A stretch of DNA of 50,516 nucleotides, taken from contig JAADVB010000134.1 of the NCBI GenBank assembly GCA_023334545.1, positions 1-50,516 on the forward strand, read 5' to 3'. A program made the translations under genes and the position numbers. Each line of letters opens with the position of its first letter. Positions within the stretch are counted from its first letter, which is position 1. Of the stretch, positions 31,123 to 41,389 are shown in pieces. The notes below the pieces were generated by a model. That model saw only the letters and a list, made by a program, of their open reading frames with translations. It was not told where the DNA came from and ran no database searches. The DNA comes from Salisapilia sapeloensis CBS 127946 (Eukaryota; Protista; Oomycota).

Positions 31123-31880
31123 GATGACTTCCTAGTCAGATGATGAACTTCCTTCATTGTCAAAGTCTTCTTCCGCGATGGCACTAGTTGAAGCATTCAC
31201 GTTAATAACACCTTCCAATGTAAAGATCATCACACCACACTAAAATGCTGTTCCTACCCAAACCTTACGCAAGTTTCAGCCAAAGGCATGTAGTCCAAAC
31301 TATTAACAGCATGAGGAGACTTTTTTAAACTTAGAACGGAATTTGCTTTTCGGCCGAACGCGACGCAGCCAGAATAAAATGCTATATTGTATTTCACGTT
31401 CAAACTCAATTAACTTGTATATTGCAATCGTATATTAGCTTTCTATCGAAAGGGGCCTAACTTTGGCTAAAATTACAACTCCAACATGAACGCGCATCAA
31501 ATTGGATTTAAACGTAGCGGATGATAATTTTATAAGTCATGAAAAAGCTGGGCTTGTCTGATAGAAGCTGCACTAGGTCGTCCGACATCAAGACTGAACC
31601 CATCACGCACATCCATTCAACGGCTCTTCAGAGTACCTCAACTGGACTTCTTTACTAAAACAGCGCAATTACAAACTAAAACCGGCCTTTTAAAATAAAG
31701 TATACTTTTTACTTTACTATCAAGAGGCAGTATACATGAAGCAAATGAGAAACCTTTAAAAACCATGATATTTAAAGACTAAAACGCAGTATTTAAAACG
31801 TAATTCAGTGCTTTATTTAGCATCTGCCCGTTGCGCTCGAACGCTAAAAAAAGAGGAAGAGCAAGTACTTGGCAGTAGCG

Positions 31881-32516
31881 ATGATTCCGCCGACTGGAGA
31901 CACGACAATTAACACAGAGGGGCTGGGCAGCGGCCCCATGGACTCGATGGAGTCCACCAAGCCCAAGCGCTCGATGGCGGACCGAATCAACGACGTGAAC
32001 GACATGGAGCTCCCGAAACTCCTGCGCTACATGCGCTTTAGCAACGTCCTGTGCTCCATCCTCCAAGTGATCGCTGGCGTCATCGGCCTCACATCCTTCA
32101 TTACGCTGAACATCACCGGCACGCTCGTGTCGATCTACGTCATCCTCTTTGGCTTCTTGTTCCTCCTCTTCGAGTGCCGTCTCAGCCGCATGGAGAGTCG
32201 TATTCGAGCGAACTTTGGCTTCCTATATACGTACAAGGGTCGAGCGATCTTTATCTTCTTCATTGGCTTCCTGGACTTTGGCATGAGTAGCGCTATTGGC
32301 TACTTTGCCGGCATCCTCATGTGTCTCAATGCCTTTGTCAACCTCCTGGTCATGTGTCGCCATCCCGAGTTCAAGTCAAGTCTGCACGCTGGAAGCGACC
32401 CGACGGTTTCGTACACGACAGGAGACGCCGAGGCTGCCAAGTTTATGCAGAAGAACCCGGAGATGGCCAAAAAGGCCGGGCAGTACGCCTTCTCATCCGC
32501 CATGAACGCGCACTAA
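31881..32516 (+). CDS. COPI-associated / Tvp15-like Golgi membrane protein
   Basis: IYVILFGFLFLLFEC....RIRANFGFLYTYKGRAIFIFFIGFL matches the family pattern (FGFL.S..GR..F.FF.G). Confidence 0.8.
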   Translation: MIPPTGDTTINTEGLGSGPMDSMESTKPKRSMADRINDVNDMELPKLLRYMRFSNVLCSILQVIAGVIGLTSFITLNITGTLVSIYVILFGFLFLLFECRLSRMESRIRANFGFLYTYKGRAIFIFFIGFLDFGMSSAIGYFAGILMCLNAFVNLLVMCRHPEFKSSLHAGSDPTVSYTTGDAEAAKFMQKNPEMAKKAGQYAFSSAMNAH

Positions 32517-32877
32517 GAGACACATTTATTTTGTCTTTAGGGTAAAGACGAAAGAGAAGTTTTCATTACAATCCGACTTGGTTTATTTTAAAGCTTAACT
32601 CCCATTTAGTTCCGCAAGTAGAGTACAAAGACCGAGCCGAAATACTCATAGTACGCATATGGCATCGTCTCATATCACACAGTACTCTGTACAGGAAAGA
32701 AAAGGAATTTAATTATTTAAGCTGTGTTCATGACGCTGGAGAAAACTATGGGGCGGATACTAGCAAAAGTATACTGTCGGAGTATCGATGTACTAGATTA
32801 TCACTACGGCTATAAATGTACTGATAGCTAACCTCTTGTATGCGTAATTGAAGACACTCGAAAAAGAAATAAACACT

Positions 32878-35598
32878 TCACTTTCTGGTCTTCTTGCTAG
32901 GTGGAGAGGCAAATTGAGACAACTTTCCTAGTCCTCTCTTCTTGTCCTCTTGCTTCTTCATAAACGGATTCGGAGGAGCGACTGTCTTGTCCACTTCTTC
33001 CCTCTCCTCTGACTGACTCGCTACTTTCTCACTCTTCGCTTCCTGCGCTCGCTCTTCAACAGGCTTTGGTTTCTGACGCATCAGTCTCCTGCCAGTACCA
33101 CTCGGACTCGGTACCGGTCTCTCCATCACAGGAGCATGAGACTCTGTCTGATGCACAGGCGCAGCGTAGAACTTTTCTCGCATCAAGTTCTGCAGCTGAT
33201 TCTCCAGCTGGCGCAAGGAGAAGTGGGCTGCCACCTTCAACGCGATCTGCATACTTTTCTCCAGATGCAGACACTTGGCCAGGTCGATCGCTCGCTGCGT
33301 CTGGTCCTCTCCACACGCTTGTTTGAACATGAGGATGAGCTGCTTGTCGGCCTCCGCTTTCTCCCTCGTGTTGTCATGAGAAGAACGGTGCACTCGCTCC
33401 GCCATCCACATGACGTTGGCCGAGTCTTCCTCCGATGCGCTCGTTAAAAAGTGGGCACTAGAGAGAGGGTAGGCGCTCGGCACTGGACGATGGCGACCTC
33501 GGAGTCGAGGCGTGGTGTGGTCTGTGTCGAGAGCAAAGTGGAGAAAAGTGTTGTTCGTGATGCCGAGAGGAAAGCATGGAGGATTTCCGTTGGGTTCCGA
33601 TAGCGCAGTGGCGTCAAAGGATACGAGAGGCATCCACGTGTAGCCTTGTGTGCGTGCGAGAGCAGAGAGGACGCCAGCAGAGTCAAACGCATAGAGGATT
33701 TGTCGCTCGTCAAAGGCTGTCCAGATCAGTCGAGACCAGCGACTGCCGTCCTGCCTGCTCTCTACGTTTTCTTTCTTACCGGAGAAGACGTCCTTGGGAG
33801 GAGGCGTCATGGGCACCTGTCCACTGCTGATCGTCTTGACTTTGTCTGGAGAAGACGTGATGTCGATCTGCAAGAGAAGGTACTGGATGGAGCCGGTGGT
33901 GTCCTGCATGATGACAGCAAGGTGGTTCTTCTTGGCGGTTAGCGTCACGACGCGATGTGAGAGTCGTACTGCACCGTAGGCAAGTCCTCCGCTTGTGTAG
34001 ATACGAAGGTGGTCAAGAGACGTTGCGACTGCAGCAAAGCCTTCACCACAGGCGACGCACTCGGCGTCTTCTGCAGCAGGAAGGACAGCGTGCCATGCAC
34101 TCGTGGCACTCCACGCCTCGAACGGACGGTAGTGGATGACGCTGGACACGACGTCTCCGTCGACTGCGTCCACATCTTCTTGCATATCGTCATCCGCAGA
34201 CGTCTTAGGACGACGCGGAGAAGCGAAGATGGCTCCCTCGTCTCCTAGAAAAGCCATCGAGTACCCAACGCTGTCACGAAGCTTAAAGCCTCGTTGGGAC
34301 TTGTCCGTAAAGTCGACCTTGATGATCGTGTCTTGCGTCTTGCTCGTGATCTTCTCAATGTCTCCTTCCGGTGTCCAGTGGAGGAGCGTGACAGGACCAT
34401 CGACGACACTGCCGCTCGTGAAAGGGTCTAGTAGAGGCAGGGCTTGGAGATTCGAATGGACGGGAGGAGGGTCGAGAGGCTGTGGATCGGCAACTGTCGG
34501 TTGTCCAAAGCCAAAGGACTTTTTGATCGTCCCCATGTCGCTCTGGAACTCCTCGTCTTCGTCGTTATTTTCCGACACGTCGTCCTCAATGTACTTGGAC
34601 ACTTGAGGAGATTGTGTTGGTGTGAGAGGTTTTAGAGGTATGTCCGATTCCTTCGGGATGGCGTCGAAAGAGTAGGAGACGTGTCCTTCGGTAGTGAACG
34701 CAACGAGACAAGTGGAATGGATATCAATACTAGAAATCTGAGCGTCGAAATGGAAAATTCGCAAGAGCTGCTTGGTATGGACGTTGAAGACAGCCAGCTG
34801 CTTGTCCAGTGTCGATGCAGCGAGGTACGTTCCTTTCTCGGAGAAGACGAGATGGTTGAAAAACGTGGACGCGGTCGTGAAGGACTCGGGCAGCTTGAGC
34901 ATTGAGGTGGATGTCCAGTTCTCGGACGAATCGTAGAGGTCGATGAGTCCTTGAGATGTTGGGATAGCTACAACTGTCTTGTCTGGGTGTGGCTGGAAGG
35001 CACAAAGACACTGAATGTCGTCCTCCCCGCCTGAAAGACTGTAGTGAGGATGAGCAGTCAGCAATGTTTCCCGCGATTCGATCGAGTGAACTTTCACGGT
35101 AAAGTCCGATGCACAGGAGACGACATACTTTTCTGTCGGATCGATACGAACGCTGGTGGTGGAACGGGAGTGTCCGTCTAGCGTCGTGACAGACTCATCC
35201 TTTCTATGGATTAAACGAATTGAAGGCTCGTCACTGGCAATCGCGACGTACGATTTGGAGCACGTGATGTGAGAGATCTCGACGGTAGAACGAGCGATTA
35301 GCTTTTGTTTAGCATGAGGATACGACAAAGTGTGCTCATAGACGCCAGGCTCTTCCTTGGTGGCGACGAAGAGGGCAGGCGGATCGGCCGAGATGGCGAT
35401 TGTAGTGAGCTCTCCGTCCGACAGAGGAGAACTTTGGGGCTTGTCCTTTGTCACTAGGTCAAAGACGTGGACGCTACCACCATCATCACACGTAAAAGAG
35501 GTCTGATGGCCGGAAGACGGGTGCGTGATGACATGGATGTCGCCTGTAGTCTGGGTCGCCACAGCCTCACTCTGCATTCGTTCCGGTGTGATGGACAT
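32878..35598 (-). CDS. WDHD1: WDHD1/AND-1/CTF4 replisome hub protein
   Basis: N-terminal WD40 repeats, a SepB-type region (PFTSGS...LLHWTPEG...VDFTD...YRPFEAW...W...LP..EDAECVACG..FAAVATS..LRIYT.GG), DKQLILMF..AC...QRAIDLAK.L, and a C-terminal NPF. Start taken at the first plausible ATG. Confidence 0.88.
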   Translation of the reverse strand: MSITPERMQSEAVATQTTGDIHVITHPSSGHQTSFTCDDGGSVHVFDLVTKDKPQSSPLSDGELTTIAISADPPALFVATKEEPGVYEHTLSYPHAKQKLIARSTVEISHITCSKSYVAIASDEPSIRLIHRKDESVTTLDGHSRSTTSVRIDPTEKYVVSCASDFTVKVHSIESRETLLTAHPHYSLSGGEDDIQCLCAFQPHPDKTVVAIPTSQGLIDLYDSSENWTSTSMLKLPESFTTASTFFNHLVFSEKGTYLAASTLDKQLAVFNVHTKQLLRIFHFDAQISSIDIHSTCLVAFTTEGHVSYSFDAIPKESDIPLKPLTPTQSPQVSKYIEDDVSENNDEDEEFQSDMGTIKKSFGFGQPTVADPQPLDPPPVHSNLQALPLLDPFTSGSVVDGPVTLLHWTPEGDIEKITSKTQDTIIKVDFTDKSQRGFKLRDSVGYSMAFLGDEGAIFASPRRPKTSADDDMQEDVDAVDGDVVSSVIHYRPFEAWSATSAWHAVLPAAEDAECVACGEGFAAVATSLDHLRIYTSGGLAYGAVRLSHRVVTLTAKKNHLAVIMQDTTGSIQYLLLQIDITSSPDKVKTISSGQVPMTPPPKDVFSGKKENVESRQDGSRWSRLIWTAFDERQILYAFDSAGVLSALARTQGYTWMPLVSFDATALSEPNGNPPCFPLGITNNTFLHFALDTDHTTPRLRGRHRPVPSAYPLSSAHFLTSASEEDSANVMWMAERVHRSSHDNTREKAEADKQLILMFKQACGEDQTQRAIDLAKCLHLEKSMQIALKVAAHFSLRQLENQLQNLMREKFYAAPVHQTESHAPVMERPVPSPSGTGRRLMRQKPKPVEERAQEAKSEKVASQSEEREEVDKTVAPPNPFMKKQEDKKRGLGKLSQFASPPSKKTRK

Positions 35599-35775
35599 GA
35601 CTATAGCAGATGATCCAATGGAGAGTACTATGGAGCTTGAATAGGAAGCGAACGAGGAGAATGGCGGGAAGATAGAGGACTGGCCGCTGCCAATGTACAA
35701 ATAATGCTTCGAGGTGCTTTCGTGCAATCATTAAATCGGAACTACCAAGAAAGAGGTATTTTATTACAAGACGAA

Positions 35776-35807
35776 TTGGCGCGAACACAAGATGCGCATT
35801 TTGGCGG
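35776..35807. promoter_or_regulatory. Pair of E2F-like elements upstream of WDHD1
   Basis: TTGGCGCGAA (35776-35785) and TTTTGGCGG (35799-35807), close to the E2F consensus TTTSSCGS, about 180-210 nt upstream of a DNA-replication gene. Confidence 0.45.
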
Positions 35808-35945
35808 CCATTCCACTTTACAAGCATCCTTCGACGGTCGTAAAATCGTTGAGCGCTGACTTGTCTGCTGGTAATATTGTGAGAATCGGGACATAGTGAA
35901 AACAAGTCGATCGATTCGACAGCACAAGCGAATTGTGATACGAAG

Positions 35946-36790
35946 ATGGATCGAGGGCAGACGTACTACGCGCCGACGGGCGAGACGACCGAGTGGGAGG
36001 ACATTTTGATCAGCAAGGGAATCCTCGCACCCAAGAGCAAAGTTCCGGATGAAGCGGAGCAAGAGAGTGATGACGAGGAGCAAGTGGATCCTCGAGAGCA
36101 TGCCACTTTAGACGAATTAGACGAGATGGAGGTGCGTTGTATCATTGTTTTCTCTTCTACTAGAGATGGATTGCTGATGGGGATGTATCTAGGAAGAGGA
36201 TGATGACGACATGGAGCTCCAGCGTATTCGGTATGGATCCATAGTATAATAGGCTACATGACGATTCTAAGTGGGTCGATAGAGAGCGACGTATTGCTCA
36301 GATGAAGGCACAGGCAGCTCGCAACAAGTTTGGCGAAGTGCAGCCGATCAGCAAGGACGAATGGACCAAGGAGGTGACGGACGCCAGTAATGAGACGTGG
36401 GTCATCGCCTACCTGTGGGCCGACGCCGTGGAAGAGTGCAAGGCCATGACTGCTGCTCTGCAGACCGTGGCCAAGCGCCATCGCGATGTCAAGTTCGTGA
36501 GCATCCAGGCTCAAGCCTGCATCGAGAACTGGCCTGAAAAGTAGGATATCGGTCTCGGATGCTGTTTGTACGTTCGATTAACAAGGTCTGTAGGAATTGC
36601 CCGACATTGTTCATGTACAAGAGCGGAAGTCTGCAGAACCAGCTCATGGGTAGTCGAAAGCTCGGAGGTGTCGAGATGAAGACGGACGGTAAGTGTGTTT
36701 ATAAAGTTGAGAAAAGGATGCGGATCTGATGGAAGAGTAGATCTGGAAAAGTATTTGGCGGATGCAGGTGTGTTTGGCAAGGCACATTAG
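35946..36790 (+). CDS. PDCL3: Phosducin-like protein 3 (PhLP2/VIAF), 5 exons
   Basis: TEWEDILISKGILAPK, TLDELDEME, RRIAQMK...NKFGEV..ISK.EW.KEVT.AS, FVSIQAQACIENWPEK/NCPTLFMYK.G. Confidence 0.9.
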
Positions 36791-36824
36791 ATGAATACAC
36801 TACCTTTGACAATGAATTTGCGTT

Positions 36825-37497
36825 TTATTCGTCCTGTAAGACACGAGGGACTTTGAAAAAGTAGCCAGATCGTACGGACGCGTTCGACAGGACTTGCTCG
36901 GCACAGTCTCCTTCGCTCACAACGTCCTCACGGAGTGGCGATTGGCCTAGAGTAGATGAGAATGGGATGATAGGAGAAGAGACAAAACAGATATATACCA
37001 GGAGAAGAAGTGCTCTTGGTGTACACGTCGCCAATGTCTTCATCTAGAGTCACTGCCTGCACCGTTTTGGCGCACTGGATGATAGATTCGACGTCTCGAA
37101 GTAGAGAAGGAAGCTTTTCCTCGTCAATATGCAGGTGGGATAGCTCCGCCAGTTCACGCAGCTGCGCATTAGGCAGTTAGATGCACTATTCAGGATAGAC
37201 CTGGAGGGTTGGAGTGTACCTTGGCTTCCGTGAGCACCGCGTCTGGTGACTGGACAGCATCATGGTGCTGGTGGATCTCTTTGAGAGACCATGCGGGTGT
37301 TTTCGGAATCTAAATGCAGTTGGACAAGTGACACTGGATGATCAGGACGCTGTATTCATAATATGCAATGGTAATTAGGTCTACTGTACACTTGAAATCT
37401 CTTTCAGGGCAGACGTGGCTTTGCTGCTGCTGTGCTGGAGCCGGACAAGGTGTCTATGCGTCGACAGAGCAACGCGAAGGTACTTGATAGGCATCAT
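36825..37497 (-). CDS. GATC: Glutamyl-tRNA amidotransferase subunit C, mitochondrial-type, spliced
   Basis: LRELAELSHLHIDEEKL..LLRDVESIIQCA..V...LREDVV.EG...EQVLSNA...SGYFFKVPRVL, plus a basic/hydroxylated N-terminal presequence. The 5' exon structure is uncertain. Confidence 0.85.
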
Positions 37498-37697
37498 AGC
37501 TCGTTGGTCGATTCGATGTCCAAGTACTCGAAGTTACTACATGTACATACACCAGCGCTATTTTGCATAGTATTTGCACAGTTTTTATAAGGTGTGGAAT
37601 AGAGAAAAGGGATGTTTTATTTGTAAGAAGCAAGCTAATCAATAACTTGCGAAAGGCTTTGGTTGGAGGAAGTGCTGGCGACGGGAGCTAGAGTGCG

Positions 37698-38016
37698 ATG
37701 AAGATTCCCAGAATGCTATTGCACTACGGTGCCATGCTTATCATACCATCAGCAGTAGCATTGGTCTACTGGCGACCTCGTACAGAGGATGAAATACGCC
37801 GAGACATCGTACGTTGGTTGATGAGCATTGCTTGCTTTATATAGTGCTCATGCGTAGCGTTGGTACGAATAGGAAAAGAATGTAAAGCCTGACTATGCAA
37901 AACGTAAGAAGAATAAGGATAAGTTTGCCGAGCTCTTGATGCAGCGGGATGAGACCAAGATGTCGGACGAGTCCAAGGAACAATTGGACAAAGTGACTGG
38001 GTTTACACGGAGGTGA
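37698..38016 (+). CDS. 84-aa single-TM protein, weakly reminiscent of Cbp4-type complex III assembly factors, 2 exons
   Basis: Intron 37809-37872 gives MKIPRMLLHYGAMLIIPSAVALVYWRPRTEDEIRRDI / EKNVKPDYAKRKKNKDKFAELLMQRDE...TRR. The coding call is reasonable; the functional resemblance is weak. Confidence 0.6.
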
Positions 38017-38618
38017 ATGGCAAGTATAGGTTGGTTTTGTCTTATTCACGTCTTTCCAGTTGCGCGTTTTTGCTGTCAACGAAAACAATGAAGCAAGTAT
38101 CTTCTAGCTTACGACCTAGGACGATAGCTTTGTCAATTTGGTTCACAACGATGGAAGTCAAAGCTGTCTATCAAGAGTATAGTCAGCCTTTCAGATTTAC
38201 ATTGATATAAGTCAGAGGTTGTTGATTCAGTTGTGTAAATGCTTTTGCGTGTATCCGCTTCCAACTACTCTTCATTGTGTCCGATAGCTGGTCCCAAGAT
38301 TGAGACGGAGGTACAGAAGTTTAACAAGAAACATCATGTCCATTTATTTTCGACGTGTATCTCTTCTACTACCACAGCAATTGCTATTGAATACTTTCTA
38401 CGTACGACTTGTATTCCTAGTGAAGAAGTCAACGGCCACCTAGCAGCCTCTGAGCCAGACAAGAGCGAACCGAAAGTACACTCAGTTACTAAACATACAC
38501 CATCCTTCATTCACTTTCATACACACTCAGACAAAAGTCGTCTTGTTTATAAATAATGGGGCGTATTTATATCTGTCAACGAAAGCCGAAACCAAACAAC
38601 GCAGAGCTCTTCGTCGAC

Positions 38619-39933
38619 ATGGCCAAGCAAATCATCGATAGGTAGCTTCTGTGGACAAACTATGCACTTCCGACTAACCTCATGTATATTGCACTACCGC
38701 TAATTCCGTCGCTCTAGTCCGAGTCCGAGTCCGAGCGAAAGCGAAAGCGACAGCAGCGACGACGACGTCCCAATCGCCAGCCTCTGGTCGACCGCAGCGA
38801 CCAGCAGGTCGTCCAGAGCGGCTATACAAGCCAAGACGCAGGCAAAGCCAAAGGCAGAAGCTAAAGTGAAGACGGATACTAAAGTAAAACCAGAGGTCAA
38901 GCCTAAAGGCTCTGGAATCGGGCTCAGTGACAGTGAAGACGAGCTGCCTTTGAGCACGCTGGCGACTATCGACAAGTCGATGAACAAGGACACGAAAGTG
39001 AAGAAAGAAGAGCCTAAAGTGAAGAAGGAAGAGCCTAAAGTGAAAAAAGAGCCTCGCGGCAGTGCAGCTAAAAAGGAGAAGAAGCGACCGTCGGAGGAAA
39101 ACCTAAAGAAGGAGTCTTCGAAGCGAGCAAAGGTGCGTTTTATCTGTCCATTTGCTGGCTACGTGTAGATAAAAGGCTGACGTACATGTCGTGCGAACGC
39201 CATGCAGCCCATAGACAAGCAAAAGGTATTGACGGAAGAGCTTTACAACACGCAGAAGGGCAAGCTTGTCCAGCAGCTCTTGTGCAGATGGTGGTACGCC
39301 GTGGAGTGGCCCAAGGAAGATTCGATGAAGCAACCGTCGCAGGAAGTACGTCTACCTCTTCTGGTCTTTTGCATGTATTTGTATGAAGATGGTTGTGTAG
39401 GATTTGAAAGCGATGCAGGAGCTGGATGGATACAAGGGACTGTACATTCGAGTCAAAGTAGGATCTCTACCTACCCTTACGATACGAGGGATGGACTCAA
39501 GTATGATTGGATAGGGGGACGATATGGGCAAAATCGTCGACACGAGGAATCCAGTCGGCAAGCCTTCCTTCCTCCACTTTATCTCGCTTCCGTCCGCCGA
39601 AGTCATCAAGCTCCTCATCAGAGTCCGTTCAGCTCTCTTCTGTGCTCCGATGTATTTCTCACCTTGTCTCTAGGCCTACGAAAAGCAAATGGAAGCTTTG
39701 ATCGAACACGAGGTGCGTATACTAGCTATAAGTACTTGTGCGTACGATCGACTGACTGTCGCTCGCAGGGAGAAGACGCGCCGATGCTCAAGCAGCTCAA
39801 GTCTGCGCACAGCCAAGCGTCCAAGGTGTCTGCAGATCGCGCCGATAAGGGGTTTGCCAAAGTCATGACCAAGTCCCATCCGCTGTACAAGCGATTGAAG
39901 GACATTCAGGCACAGTACGAGGCAACGGGATAA
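38619..39933 (+). CDS. Hypothetical protein with a low-complexity Lys/Glu-rich N-terminus and a globular LLCRWWY C-terminal domain, 6 exons
   Basis: Five GT-AG introns join MAKQIIDSPSPS... KKEEPKV repeats ... LVQQLLCRWWYAVEWP...QELDGYKGLYIRVK / GDDMGKIVDTR...KPSF...LLIR / AYEKQMEALIEHE / GEDA... to the stop at 39931-39933. Confidence 0.7.
39001..39054 (+). repeat. Coding tandem repeat KKEEPKV (about 2.5-3 copies of 21 nt)
   Basis: aagaaagaagagcctaaagtg aagaaggaagagcctaaagtg aaaaaagagcct. Confidence 0.8.
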
Positions 39934-39984
39934 AAGAAAACAGTTTCTATTTCCTTCTTTTTCTTCCGCGTGCTTTGTATCTTG

Positions 39985-40830
39985 TTAATGCAACGCAAAT
40001 GTCGTCCGGAGCTCGTCACGGAAGTACTTGTTGCCTACGCCACCGATACCGAAGGCTGGTCCGATGCGACAGATGCGAGCGAAGGCAGACTTGAGGTACT
40101 CGCGCGAGATGAGCGACACGCGTTGGCTGGCAGGAACGTTCCGGTTGTTGTACAGGTCGAGCCCTAGGAGGTGGAGAGGAGTGGAGATGAACTGGACGGC
40201 GGCAGGACAGACGAGTTGCGCAGTTGTGTCGGCATTCGATTTGGTCATGCCAGAGTCCTGCTGCAGCTTTCGGGAGACGTAGGTCGGGGCATTGAAAGAT
40301 GCAGCCACTGTGAGCGAGTCTCGGATGGCAAAGAGACCGATGGAGGCGAGCGGGAAGGGGGAAGGGGCGATGACGCCGAACATGCGTGTGAATTCTCGGT
40401 CTTTGGCGATGCAGAGGGACATGTTGACGGCCGTGGTGGAGATGAACTTCGGCATCTGGTTGTCCCGCTCGACGTAGTCACAGACCGAGTCGGTGGCATT
40501 TGCACTCACGTAGGTCGCAGAGTAGAGGCCGAAGATGAGGAGGAACTCTCGTCGACGAACGAACTTGAGCGGGTGTTTAACAAAGTTCAGACTCAGGTCC
40601 TTGAGCCCTTGTGCGAGCGGCCTCGTTCCATTGGCATTCTCGATGATGGCTCGGTCGACGACGGTGATGAAGGGAGATACGCCGAGGGAGGCTGCTGCAG
40701 CCGCAGCGACGTCTACGACGAGGCGTTTGGTCAGGAACGTGGTGCTCTGCGGCTCCGTCGACATGCTGTGACAATGCGAATAATCGAGTGGTGCTACAGG
40801 CGCTTTTAACACTTCGTCGTTGAAGTTCAT
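39985..40830 (-). CDS. Uncharacterised multi-pass membrane protein (family seen in fungi/protists, probably mitochondrial)
   Basis: SPFITVVDRAIIENA.G, FLLIFGLYSATY..AN, TTAVNMSLCIAKD..F.RMFG, LFAIRDSLTVAASF, QFISTPLHLLGLDLYN, ARICRIGPAFGIGGVGN. Intronless. The start may be the later Met (MSTEPQ). Confidence 0.75.
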   Translation of the reverse strand: MNFNDEVLKAPVAPLDYSHCHSMSTEPQSTTFLTKRLVVDVAAAAAASLGVSPFITVVDRAIIENANGTRPLAQGLKDLSLNFVKHPLKFVRRREFLLIFGLYSATYVSANATDSVCDYVERDNQMPKFISTTAVNMSLCIAKDREFTRMFGVIAPSPFPLASIGLFAIRDSLTVAASFNAPTYVSRKLQQDSGMTKSNADTTAQLVCPAAVQFISTPLHLLGLDLYNNRNVPASQRVSLISREYLKSAFARICRIGPAFGIGGVGNKYFRDELRTTFALH

Positions 40831-40872
40831 GCTAAATGCGCAATCGATTGGAAAGAAAAGAAAAAGAAAAGC

Positions 40873-41318
40873 ATGAGCTTGTTTTTGATCGTCGGGTCTA
40901 GCGGACCCTTGTATAGAGCCCAGTTGCGACCGAGGAGGGACAACGAGACAGCGTACGTGGACGAGTTTGTCTTGCACGCAGCCTTAGATGTGGTCGACGA
41001 GAAGCAGTGGTCAAGTGGCGCTCGCGATCTTCGCGTCGTGGATCGCTTTAACGACCAGCTCGTCTCGGCGTTTGTGACGGCGACCAACATGAAACTGCTA
41101 CTCCTTCACGACAACCGGAATGAAGACGGGATTTATGCGTTTTTCAAAGACGTGCATGAACTCTACCTCAAGGTTTGTCTAGCGTACTACGTACTTTCAG
41201 ATACAAGACTAATGCATGGTGCTAGCTCCTACTGAATCCGTTCTACACGTACGACAGCGCGATCGATTCGGAAGTTTTCGACGCTCGAGTCAAGACCCTA
41301 GCAAGACGCCACCTCTAA
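40873..41318 (+). CDS. TRAPPC2: TRAPP complex subunit 2 (sedlin/Trs20), 2 exons
   Basis: FVLHAALDVVDEKQW...VVDRFNDQLVSAFVTA..MKLLLLHD.RNEDGI.AFFKDVHELYLK / LLLNPFY. Intron 41173-41225. Confidence 0.88.
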
Positions 41319-41389
41319 GAAAAATGAAAGAGAATTCTCTTTTATTTGTTATTAGCACCCCATGTCTGCATCACGACTGCGGTGGGTAT

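Larger units (their letters stand above)
28688..31457. mobile_element. Decayed PIF/Harbinger DNA transposon (~2.8 kb) with two convergent genes, degenerate ~30-bp TIRs and a TAA target-site duplication
   Basis: Myb/SANT gene (+) and DDE transposase (-). Left end GGGTCCCTTCGGTCGCAGGC-AATTTACAATT versus the reverse complement of the right end GGCCCCTTTCGATAGAAAGCTAATATACGATT, 22/32 identical by hand. TAA at 28685-28687 and 31458-31460. The superfamily call is firm; the boundaries are less so. Confidence 0.75.

Noticed and set aside
28780-31846. Alternative TIR pair around TAGCGTTCGA (about 28783) and TCGAACGCTA (about 31837)
   Set aside because: Only a 10-nt match, with no matching TAA/TTA duplication, and the right copy lies in the next gene's promoter.
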